Shown: positions 1 through 11,362 of the stretch, piece by piece
How the letters are laid out: every line of letters starts with the position of its first letter
How positions within the stretch are numbered: position 1 is the stretch's first letter
NCBI GenBank assembly: GCA_030390025.1
Contig: JASTWF010000334.1
Location: 186,001 to 250,000 of the forward strand
DNA: 64,000 nucleotides
From: Squalus acanthias
Lineage: Eukaryota
Reading direction: 5' to 3'
Translations under genes and position numbers: made by a program
Notes under the pieces: model-generated
Seen by the model: only the letters and a program-made list of their open reading frames with translations
Database searches by the model: none
What the model was told of the DNA's origin: nothing

Positions 1-170
1 TTCTCTGCAACCGGCTTTCCCTTAATTGGCCTGCTAAGCCCACTGGACGGGCTTAACAAGGTCAATCAAGGGAAAATAGTGTGAGTTGGCCACAAATCAA
101 TGGAGGCGGGACATCGACCCGCCAAGCAGCAGTCCCGCCTCCAACGCGCCCCCATTAACTAAATCGCCCT
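1..170. mobile_element. End of a non-autonomous Harbinger-type TIR element (same family as 56825-57668)
   Basis: The reverse complement of 1-170 aligns with 56825-56980 (e.g. tttcccttgattgaccttgttaagcccg...gcttagcaggccaat). It contains the hairpin tggaggcgggac...gtcccgcctcca (101-143) and ends in ...aaatcgccc. Confidence 0.7.
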
Positions 171-837
171 CACTGTTCCTCGCTGAGGTTCAGGTAGGAG
201 TATTGCTCCCTGAACACCCTGTGCATATTTGATGCTCCTCCTCCTCCTCCTCCCTCTGCCAGCCAGTCCTGCTCTGTGTCAGCTCTGCTCATTCTCCCTG
301 TCATGCTGCAGGCCAAGTGGAATGCCTACTAGTGCACCCATGTCTTGGAGCAAGTGGTTTGTGCTGAATCCTTGAGGTCAGGACAAAGTCCTTCAGCACC
401 TGCCACACCAATCCCTGTAGACTTGAGCAACTTTAAGTAACTGTACAAACCACCAAACACTTCTATAAACTCAGCAACAGCCAGTGGAAATCAACCAGCA
501 ACTAACCCTTTAAATAGCACTGGTGGGGGGGTCCTTACTGCTGCTGAACGCATGTTCAGCTGCGCGAGCTTAAGAGAGGCCGCTAGCTGGAGCGTTGAGC
601 TCCAAAATGGCAGTGCTGGCATCAAATCAGTGTTACACGTTGATTGACATCATGATCTGCCTACTCTGCATACTTCCGGCGCATGCTCCCTGCGCCCGTG
701 CTGCCGCCCTGCCCAATATGGCATCTGGGGCAGCCTGTACCAGAAGTGTGTGTGCGCGCCGCGCATTCCATTTTGGAATTAAAATGGCTCCTGTAGCGCC
801 CAAACAATGGGCGCTACGGAGCTGAATGTGGTGGCCA
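171..837 (-). mobile_element. Terminal fragment of a PIF/Harbinger element (5' part of the nuclease gene plus end)
   Basis: The minus strand around 171-226 encodes MHRVFREQYSYLNLSEEQ, matching [19 protein letters not shown] of the Harbinger nuclease at 42114-43350. A GC-rich subterminal region runs to ~837. Confidence 0.6.
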
Positions 838-910
838 TGATAAGGAACTGAATATGGTTAATGTAAAATAGTGACAATCAAAAAATGGTCTGTCTTATTT
901 TTATTTAAAG

Positions 911-1051
911 CTGTACTGCCAAGCACTGGCTCCAGGCGGCCATCTTGTCTCCATTCACTCGGATGTACAGAACGTGTTCATTGGAGAGGTGATAAATAAA
1001 AGAGACCCAACAGATTCTCCGGCTTGGATCGGTTTGAATGACATATACAAG
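911..1051 (+). CDS. C-type lectin gene A, internal CTLD exon (LYCQALAPGGHLVSIHSDVQNVFIGEVINKRDPTDSPAWIGLNDIYK)
   Basis: Acceptor ttatttaaag| and donor |gtaacg; 141 nt, phase 0-0, open. Carries the canonical CTLD motifs C..GHLVSIHS and WIGLND. Confidence 0.92.
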
Positions 1052-3132
1052 GTAACGTTGTCTGAGTTGTTAGAATAGAATCATAGACTCTTACAGCACA
1101 TAATGAGGCATTCAGCCCATCATACCTGTGCCAGCTGTTTGAAAGAGCTGTCCAATTTAGTCCCACACGCCATAACCCTGCAAATTAGTCCTCTTCAAGT
1201 ACATGTCCAATTTTGAAAGTTCATATGGAATCTGACTCCACCACCGTTCCAGATCTTAACAGCCCTTTGTGTGAAAAAATTTCTCCTCATTTCCCCCTAG
1301 TTATTTTGCCAATTATTTTAAATTAATGACCTTTGGTTACCGACCCACATGCCAGAAGAAACAGTTTCTCCCTACTCTCTCTATTAAAACCCCTCATAAT
1401 TTTGAATACCTCTATTAGGTCTCCCCTTAACCTGCTCTGCTCTAAGGAGAAGAACCCCTGCTTCTCCAATCTCTCCACATAACTAATCTCCATGATAAAC
1501 CTCCTCTGTACCCTCTCCAGGGCCTTGACATCCTTCCTTAAAGTTTAGCGCCCTGAATTGCCCACAATAATCCAACTGAGGCCTAACCAGAGATTTGTAA
1601 AGGTTTAGCATGACTTCCTTGTTTTTGTATTCAATGCCCCTATTTACAAAGCCACGCATCCCATACGCTTTCTTAACTGCCTCATCAACCTGCCCTGCCA
1701 CCTTCAAGTATTTGTGAAGATGCATCACCAGATCCCTCTGTTCTTCCACCCCCCTCAAAATAACACCGTTTAGATTATACTGCCCCTCCACGTTGTTTCA
1801 CCGAAAGTGCATCACTTCACACTTATCCGCATTAAATTGCATCTGCCATGTGTCTGCATACTTCTCTCCAGTCAGAAAAACATTGGTTCACCTCTACTCT
1901 CTGCCTAATATCCCTTAGCCAAATTTGTACCCAATTTACCATTGTCCCTTTAACACCATGTGCTTCTATTTTCGGAGTAAGTTTGATATGAAGTACTTTA
2001 TCAAGAGACTTTTGAAAGTCCATATATATATCTACTGCACTACCTTCATCAACCCTCTATCACTTCATCAAAGAAGTCAATCAGGTTAGCCAGACACGAT
2101 TTTCCTTTAACAAATCCTTGCTGGCTGTCCCTTATTCAACCATGCATTCTCCAAGTGAGAATTAATTTTATCCTTGATAGTCTCTAGTAGTTTTCCCACC
2201 ACTGATGTTAGACTGATTGGCCTGTAGTTACGAGGTTTGTCTCTCTCTTCTTTTTTGAGCAGAGTTGTAACATTTGCAATCCTCCAGTCCTCTGGCAGCA
2301 CTCCATTATCCAAGGAGGATTGAAAGGTTGTGATCAGAGCTTACGCTATCTTCATCCTAGCTTCCCTCAGCAACCTAGGATGCATCTCATCTGGACCGGG
2401 TGACTTGTTAACTTTGAGTGATGCCAACTTATTTAGCACCTTCTTGCTATCCATTTTTATCCTCTTCAATATCTCTACTGCCCCCTCCTCAACTCTGACA
2501 TTAACTTTATTCTCTTCTTTTATGAAGTCTGATGCAAAGTACTCATTCAGTACCTCAGTCATGCCCTCTGCCTCCACAGGAAGATTTCCTTTTATGTCCC
2601 GAATTGGCCTCACCATTCATTTAACTATTCTTTTACATTTTATATGTTTATAAAAGATTTTTTGGGTTCCCATTTATGTTACCCACTAATCTTTTCTCAT
2701 ACTCTCTCTTTGCCCTTCTTATATCCTTTTCCAATTTCCCCCTGCTCTCTCTGTATTCTGCCTGGTTTTCGACTGTATTCTGTACCTGACATTTTTCATA
2801 AACCTTTTTCTGTTTTATTTTAGCCTCTATTTACTTTGTCACCCAGTGATCTAGTTTTGGATGCCCCATCTTACCTCCTTATGAGAAGATGCTTGGTTTG
2901 TACCCGAACTTTCTCTGCCTTGAAGGCCTGACATTGCTCATTTACTGTTTTCCTGCACAATCTTTGTTTCCAGTCCACCTGTGCCAGATCCCTTCTCAAA
3001 TCACTGAAATTGTTTCTCTTTCATTGTGTATTTTCACCTTTGATTTTTCTTTGTCCCATTCCAAAACTACTTTAAACCTAATAATATTATAATCACTATT
3101 ACCCAGATGTTCTCCCACTGAAACATACTCCA

Positions 3133-6100
3133 CGGATTGTAAACTGTTGTAAAAACCCATCTGGTTCACTAATGTCCTGCAGGAAAGGAAATCTGCCATC
3201 CTTACCTGGTCTGTATGTGACTCCAGACCCACAGCAATGTGGTTGACTCTTAACTGCCCTCTGTTGTACACTCAGTTGTATACACCCGCGACAAAAAGCA
3301 ATAATGAGAATGAAATCTGACGGAGCACCCGGCATCGAACATGGCACCGGCTTCAGACACAATAATGGCACACCCAGCCCAGTCGACCCTCCAAAGTCCT
3401 CCTCACGAACATCTGGGGACTTGTGCCAAAATTGGGAGATCTGTCCCACAGACGAGTCAAGCAACAGCCTGACCTAGTCATACTTACAGAATCATACCTT
3501 TCAGCCAATGTCCCAGATTCCTCCATCACCATCCCTGGGTATGTCCTGTCCCACCAGCAGGACAGACCCACCAGAGGTGGTGGCACAGTCAGGAGTGAGT
3601 GGCCTTGGGAGTCCTCAACATTGACTCCGGACCCCATGAAGTCTTCATGGCTTCAGGTCAAGCATGGGCAAGGAAACCTCCTGCTGATTACCACCTACCG
3701 CCCTCCCTCAGCTGATGAATCAGTACTCCTCCATGTTGAACACTACTTGGAAGAAGCACTGAGGGTAGCAAAGGCACAGAATGTACTCTTGGTGGGGGAA
3801 CTTCAATGTCCATCACAAGAGTGGCTCGGCAGCACCACTACTGACCGAACTGGCCGAGTCCTAGCACTGCGGCAGGTGGTGAGAGAACCAACACGAGGGA
3901 AAAACCAACTTGATCTCGTCCTCACCAACCTACCTGTCACAGATGCATCTGTCCATGACAGTATTGACGACCGCACAGTCCTTGTAGAGACAAAATCCTG
4001 TCTTCACACTGAGGACACCGTCCATTGTGTTGTGTGGCACTACCACCGTGCTAAATGGGACAGATTCAGAACAGATCTAGCAGCTCAAAACTGGGCATCC
4101 ATGAGGTGCTGTGGGCCATCAGCAGCAGCAGCAGCAGAATTGTATTCCACCACAATCTGTAATCTCATGGCCCGGCATATCCATCACTCTACCATTACCG
4201 TCAAGCCAGGGAACCACCCTTGGTTCAATGAGGAGTGCAGAAGAGCATGCCAAGAGCAGCACCAGCCGTACCTAAAAATGAGGTGCCGACCTGGGGAAGC
4301 TGCAACACAGGACTGCATCCATGCTAAACAGCGGAAGCAGCATGCTATAGAGAGAGCTAAGCGATCCCACAACCAACAGATCAGATCAAAGCTCTGCAGT
4401 CCTGCCACATCCAGTCATGAATGGTGGTGGACAATTAAACAACTAACGGGAGGAGGAGGCTCCATGAATATCCCATCCTCAATGATGGTGGAGCCCAGCA
4501 CGTGAGTGCAAAAGACAAAGCTGAAGCATTTGCAACTATCTTCAGCCAGAAGTGCCGAGTGGATGATCCATATCAGCCTCCTCCTGAGGTCCCCACCATC
4601 ACAGAAGCCAGTCGTCAGCCAATTCGATTCACTCCACGTGATATCAAGAAATGGCTGAGCGCGCTGGATATGCAAAGGCTATGGGCCCTAACAATATCCT
4701 GGCTGTTGTGCTGAAGACTTGTGCTCCAGAACTAGCCGTACCTCTAGCCAAGCTGTTCCAGTACAGCTACAACACTGGCATCTACCCAACAATATGGAAA
4801 ACTGCCCAGGCATGTCCTGTCCACAAAATGCAGGGCAAATCTAATTCGGCCAATTACCGCCCCATCAGTCTACTCTCAATCATCAGCAAAGTGATGGAAG
4901 GTGTCATCGACGGTGCTATCAAGCAACACTTCCTCACCAATAACCTGCTCACTGATACTCAGTTTGGCTTCTGCAAAGACCACTCGGCTCCAAACCTCAT
5001 TACAGCTGGGGTCCAAAATGGACAAAGGAGCTGAATTCCAGAAGTGAGAGTGACTGCCCTTGACATCAAGGCAGCATTTGACCGAGTGTGGCATCAAGGA
5101 GCCCTAGTAAAATTGAAGTCAATGGGAATCAGGGGAAAATTCTCCACTGGCTGGAGTCATACCGAGCACAAAGGAAGATGGTTGTAGTTGTTGGAGGTCA
5201 ATCATCACAGCCCAAGGACATCGCTGCGGGAGTTCCTCATGGCAGTGTCCTAGGTCCAATGCTTCATCAATGACCTTCCCTCCATCATAAGGTCATAAGT
5301 GGGGATGTTCGCTGATGATTGCACAGTTTTCAGTTCCATTCGCAACTTCTCAGATAATGAAGCAGTCCATGCCCGAATGCAGCAAGGTCTGGATGATATT
5401 CAGGCTCGGGCTGATAAGTGGCAAGTAATATTCGCGTCACACAAGTGCCAGGCAATGACTATCTCCAACAAGCAAGAATCTAATCACCTTCCCTTGACAT
5501 TCAACGGCATTACCATCGCCAAATCCCCCACCATTAGCATCCTGGGGGTCATCATTGACCAGAAACTTAACTGGATCAGCCACATAAATACTGTGGCCAC
5601 AATAGCAGGTCAGAGGCTGGGTATTCTGTGGTGAGTGTCTCACCTCCTGACTCCCCAAAGCCTTTCCACCATCTACAAAGCACAAGTAAGGAATGTGATG
5701 GAATACTCTCCACTTGCCTGGATGAGTGCAGCTCCAACAACACTCAAGAAGCTCGACACCATCCAGGACAAAGCAGCCGCTTGATTGGCACCCCATCCAC
5801 CACCTTAAACATTCACTCCCTGCACCACCGGCTTACCGTGGCTGCAGTCTGTGCCATCTACAAGATGGACTGCAGCAACTCGCCAAGGCTTCTTCGGCAG
5901 CACCTCCCAAACCCGTGACCTCTTCCACCTAGCAGGACAAGGGCAGCAGGCTCATGGGAACACCATCACCTGTAAGTTCTCCTCCAAGTTACACACCATC
6001 CTGACAGCACTGTGGGAGGACCTTCAGCACGCGGACTGCAACGGTTCAAGAAGGCGGTTCACCACCACCTTCTCAAGGGCAATTAGGGATGGGCAATAAA

Positions 6101-6150
6101 TGCTCGCCTTGCCAGCAACGCCCACATCCCAGGAACGAATTAAAAATTAT
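3133..6150 (+). mobile_element. CR1-group non-LTR retrotransposon with a single APE-RT ORF, near full length, frameshifted
   Basis: APE motifs PDLVILTESYL, TTYRPPS and LDLVLTN. RT motifs NYRPISLLSIISKVME, GVPHGSVLGP and MFADD. A-rich 3' end at ~6140. Confidence 0.88.
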
Positions 6151-6469
6151 TCAGCATCATTCTTCGTTGGGTTGCAACATACTGATTAAGGAAGTTCTCC
6201 AGCACACCTTTTAGGAATTTTTCACCTTCCTTGCCCTTTACTCTGTTTCCCACCACAGTCTAAATTAGGGTAATTGAAGTCCACTACTATTACTGCTCTG
6301 TTATTTTTACATTTCTCTGAAATTTGCCAATAGATTTGCTCCTCTATCTCCTTCTCACTATTTGGGTGTCTATAGTAAACACCCAGCAATCTAACAGCTT
6401 TTTTTCTATTCATTAACTCTAATCAAATATATTCTGTCTTTGAACCCTCAAGTATATCGTCCCTCTGTA

Positions 6470-9082
6470 CATAAGGACATATGAAATAGGAGTAGGAATA
6501 GGCTATACGGCACCTGAAGCCTGCTCTGCCATTCAGTAAGATAATGGCTGAACTTCAACATCAACTCTACTTTCCCACCCTATCCCCATATCCCTTGATT
6601 CCATTAGTGCCCAAAAATCTATCGGTCTCAATCTTGAATATACTCATCAACTGAGCATCCAGAGACCTCTGGAGTAGAGAATACCAAAGATACACAACCT
6701 CTGAGTGAAGAAATGGCTCCTCATCTCAGTCCCAAATGGCCAACCCCTTATCCTGAGACTGTGACCCCTAGTTCTAGAGTCTCCAGTTTGGGGAAACAGC
6801 CTCTCAGCATCTACCTAGTCAAGCCCTCTAAGAATTTTATATGTTTCAATGATATCACCTCACATTCTTCTGAAGTACAGAGAATATAGGTTCATTCTAC
6901 TCAATCTCTCCTCATAGGATAGCCCTCTCATCCCAGCTATCAATTTAGTGAACCTTCATTGCACCTTCTCTAAGGCAAGTATCTTCCTTAGGTAAAGAGT
7001 CCAAAAATGTGCACAGTACTCCAGCTCTGGTCTCAGCAAAGCCCTATATTATTACAGCAAGACTTCTTTACTCTTCTACTCCAATGCCCTTGCAATAAAG
7101 GCTAACATACCATTTGCCTTCCTAATTGCTTGCTGTACCTGCATGTTAACGTTCTGTGATTCGTATACAAGGACACCTTGTATAGCTCAGAGTACCCTCT
7201 GAATACCAACACATATTGTTCACTCACCTTTAAAAAATATTCTGCTTTTCCATTCTTCTTACCAATGTGGATAATTTCTAATTTCCTCACATTATACATC
7301 ATCTACCACCTTCTTGCCCAATCAATGAACCAGTCTATATCCCTTTGCAGCCTCTTTGTGTCCTCCTCACAGCTTACTTTGCCACCTAGCTTTGTATCAT
7401 CAGCAAACATGGATATATTACACTCGGTCCCCTCATCTACATCATTGATACAGATTGTAAATAGCTGAGGCCCAAGCACTGATCCTTGCTGCACCCCACT
7501 AGTTACAATCTGTCAACCCGGAAATAACCTGTTTATTCCTACTCTCTATTTTCTGTCCATTAACCAATCCTCAATCCATGCTAATATATTACCCCAATCC
7601 CATGAGCCCTAATCTTGTGTAACAATCTCTTGTGTGGCACCTTATCAAATGCATTTTGAAATTCCAGATATACTACATCCACTGGTTTCCCCTTATCTAC
7701 CCTGCTAATTACACCCTCAAAACCTTGTCAGTAGATTTGTCAAACACGATACACGATTTCCCTTTCATAAAACCGTGTTGACTCTGCCTAATCATTTTTC
7801 AAGTGACCTGTTGCCACGTCCTTAATAATAGATTCTAACATTTTTCTTACTACTGATGTCAGGCTGACTGGTCTATAGTTCTCTGTTTTCTCTTTCCCTC
7901 CTTTCTTGAACAGCGAGGTTACACTTGCTACCTTCCAATCCGCGGGAACTGTTCTAGAATCTAGGGAATTTTGAAAGATCAAAAACAACGCATCCACTAT
8001 CTCTAATTCTATCTCTTTTAAAACACCAGGATTTAGGCCATCAGGTCCAGGAGATTTGTTGGCTTTTGTCCCATTAATTTCTCCAGTAATTTTTATTTAC
8101 TAATATTAATTACTTTACGTTCCTCACTCTCATTAGATCCTTGGTTTTCCATAATTTCTGTTATGTTCTTTGTGTCTTCTAATGTGAAGACAGATACAAA
8201 GTATATATTTAATGTCGCTGCCATTTCCTTTCTCCCCATTATAATTTCTCGTGTCTCTGCCTCTAATTGACCCATGTTTACTTTCGATAATCTCTTCCTC
8301 TTTACTAATTACTAATTAACCCTGTCTCATTACACAATACTAGATCTAAAATAACCCGCTCTTTAGTTGGTTCCTCAATATACTGTTCTAGAAAACTTTC
8401 TCAAAGGCATTCCTTGAACTTCTCCTCCAAGCTACTTCTGCCAATTTGTTTTGCCCAGTCTATAGGAAGGTCAAAGTCCCCCATGATTATTGCATCACCC
8501 TTGTTACAGGCTTCTCTAATTTCCTGATTTATACTCTGTCCAACACTATGATTACTGTTAGGAGGCCTATAAATTACTCCCACCAATGTTTTCTGCCTTT
8601 TGTTATTTCTTTGCTCCACCTATACTGATTCTCCATCATGATTTTCTGGGCTAAAATCCTTTCTCACTCCTGCCTTTATCTCATTCTTTATTATCAGGGC
8701 GACCCCATCTCCTTTTCCATTTTGCCTATCTTTTTTGAAACTCAAGTACCCTGGAATATTTAGATCCCAACTTTGGTCATCCTGCAACCACGTCTCAGTA
8801 ATGGCTACTAGATCAAACCCATTTACCTCTATTTGTGCCATTAATTTATCTATCTTGTTACGAATGCTTTGTGCATTCAGATATAGCGCCTTTAATTTTA
8901 ACTTGTTACTATTTTTCCCTGAGTTAGTTGCTAATACCCTGTTACCATTGTTAAACTCTTCCTGACGCAATCTGCTTGATCTTACCCAAATCGCTAATCT
9001 GCTCTTCAGCCTTGACTTTTCTTTTCGGATGTATAAATTTATCCTTACCTGACCCCTCCCTTCCCCTTATTAGTTTAAAGCC
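6470..9082 (-). mobile_element. CR1 LINE (ORF2 region, decayed) nested in the older CR1
   Basis: Tail acataaggacatatgaaatagg at 6470. Fragments include [41 protein letters not shown] and LYLNAQSIRNK. Confidence 0.85.
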
Positions 9083-9344
9083 CTGTAGGACTGTAATATT
9101 ATTCTTGATCAATATTCTTGCCATCACCCCTCCTTTCATTTTCCCTTCTCTATCCCTCCTGAATACATTGCAGCTAGGAATGTTTAGTTCCCATTCCTGC
9201 CCATGTTTAAGCTCGTCTCCATTATAGCCACTATATCATAACCCCATGTGGCAACTCGCGCCTGTAGCTTGTTAACCTTATTTGGAACACTCCTTGCATT
9301 AACACACATGCATTTCAACATCATGCTAGTCTGCTTTGCTTATT

Positions 9345-10052
9345 ATCTCCATTTATTTCCGCAGCATAACAAATACCGCCTACTTCAACCTCCGTAACAT
9401 TGCCCGTCTCCGCCCTTGCCTCAGCTCATCCACTGCTGAAACCCTCATCCATGCCTTTGTTACCTCTAGACTTGACTATTCCAACGCACTCCTGGCTGGC
9501 CTCCCACATTCCACCCTACGTAAACTTGAGGTCATCCAAAACTCGGCTGCCCGTGTCCTAACTCGCACCAAGTCCCGTTCGCCCATCACACCTGTGCTCG
9601 CTGACCTACATTGGCTCCAGGTTAAGTAGCACCTCGATTTCAAAATTCCCTTCCTTGTTTTCAAATCCCTCCATGGCCTCGCCCCTTCATTTTTCTGTAA
9701 TCTCCTTCAGCCCCACAAACCCCCCGAGATATCTGCGCTCCTCAAATTCTGCCCTCTTGAGCATCCCTGATTATAATCGCTCAACCTTTGGTGGTTGTGC
9801 CTTCTGTTGCCTAGGCCCGAAACTCTGGAATTCCCTGCCTAAACCTCTCCGCCTCGCTACCTCTCTTTCCTCCTTTAAGACGCTCCTTAAAACCTACCTC
9901 TTTGACCAAGCATAAGGTCACCTGCCCTAATTTATCCTTATGTGGATCGGTGTCAAATTTTTTGTCTTAAAATACTCCTGTGCAGCGCCTTGGGACGTTT
10001 TACTACGCTAAAGGTGCTATATAAATACAAGTTGTTGTTGTTGTTGTTGTTC
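9345..10052 (+). mobile_element. L2-clade LINE 3' fragment
   Basis: Encodes LRNIARLRPCLS..AETLIHAFVTSRLDYSNALLAGLP..IQNSAARVL..ITPVLADLHWL. Ends in aaaggtgctatataaatacaag followed by (ttg)n. Confidence 0.88.
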
Positions 10053-11065
10053 GTTGTACACTATTCTTTGTCCTGTTGCTGTTTGTCCCTCCTAGTTTTC
10101 TATGCACCTTGTCTCTCCTCTCTGCTGCTGTGTCCTATTGCCCCTCCCCCTGCCAAATTATTTTAAGCCCTCCCCACAGCACTAGTAAACCTACCTGCAT
10201 GGACATTCGTCCCAGCCCCGTCCGGTTAGTATAGGTCCCTCCTGCCGCTAAAATGGTCCGAATGCCCCAGGAATCCGAAGCCCTCCCTCCTGCACCTCTT
10301 CTCCAAATCTGCCTGTAGGACCTCACCCCTTTTCCTACCTATGCCATTGGTTCCAACATGGACCACGACTTCTGGCTGTTCCCCTTTGTCTTGCAGAATG
10401 GCCTACATCCATTCAGTGTTATCCTTTACCCTGGCACCAGGGAGACAACATACCATTCGGGACTCACATCTGTGATTGCAGAAATGCCTGTATATTTCAC
10501 TGACTATCGAATCCCCATAACAACTGCAATTCTACACTTTTTTGTGTCCCCCTGTGCAGCGGAGTCTCCCACAGTGCCATGGATTTGATTCTGATTGCAT
10601 TCTCCCAAGGTGTGATCACCCTCACCAGTATTCAACAGTGAGTACTGGTTTGTGAGTGCCACACTCCCAGGGGATTGCTACACTGCCTGCCTGTTCCTGC
10701 TAGTCTGCCTGGTGGTCATCCACTGTCTCTCCACCTGAAATCTCTGTCGCTGTGTGGTGACCACCTCCTGAAACATGCTATCCACAATCTCTTAGTATGC
10801 ACTGTGGTGACATCAGAAACTCTGAGCTTGAGCGCAAGCAGGACTTCCTGCATATTTGGTTTTCCAGGACACACAAAGTGTTCTGGAGTTCCCACATGGC
10901 ACAGGATGTGCATCCAGCTGTCCTGCTATGTTAGTTAACACATATTTCAAATTGCTTTTAGCTTTAAGGCTATTTAACTTTTCAGATCACATTTGCTTTA
11001 ACTCAAATTGTTTATTGTAGCAGAAATATGCATTTTTAAATGATAGCATTATTTCTCTCCCACAG

Positions 11066-11174
11066 GAGAGGTCATTCTTTTGGGTTGATGGAACTAAATA
11101 TGATTTCAGAAAGTGGACTGTGGGAGAACCGAATAATAACGAAAATGGCGAGGACTGTGCGGTAACTAATCACG
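11066..11174 (+). CDS. C-type lectin gene A, CTLD exon with EPN motif (ERSFFWVDGTKYDFRKWTVGEPNNNENGEDCAVTNH)
   Basis: Acceptor tttctctcccacag| and donor |gtcagt; 109 nt, phase 0-1, in frame with exon 911-1051. Motif W.DG....W..GEPNN...EDC. Confidence 0.92.
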
Positions 11175-11362
11175 GTCAGTTGGCGCAAATGTAACAGAAA
11201 CAGTGTTTTATTGGAAATTAATTTCAGACAAATGGATAGATCGAATGATGAGATTAATGAGCTTCTAACTAGACTCAGTGTGGTTGAGTTTTAGACTTCG
11301 GCAGGGTTCTACTTCCTGCCCCTTTTGCAGCAGTTTGCAGCCACCTTCCAGGCAAAGCTGTT

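Larger units (their letters stand above)
1075..10990 (-). mobile_element. Old degenerate CR1 LINE (host of nested insertions); pieces ~1075-3132, ~6150-6469, ~9085-9335, ~10055-10990
   Basis: Tail atagaatcatag at 1075. Minus-strand RT fragments include LYKSLVRPQLDYC, DFQKSLDKV, NYRPISLTSVVGK and KSPGPDEMHPRLL. Endonuclease fragments include LLGVYYRHPNS. ORF1-like remnants lie near 10100-10900. The pieces are collinear once the insertions are removed. Confidence 0.8.
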
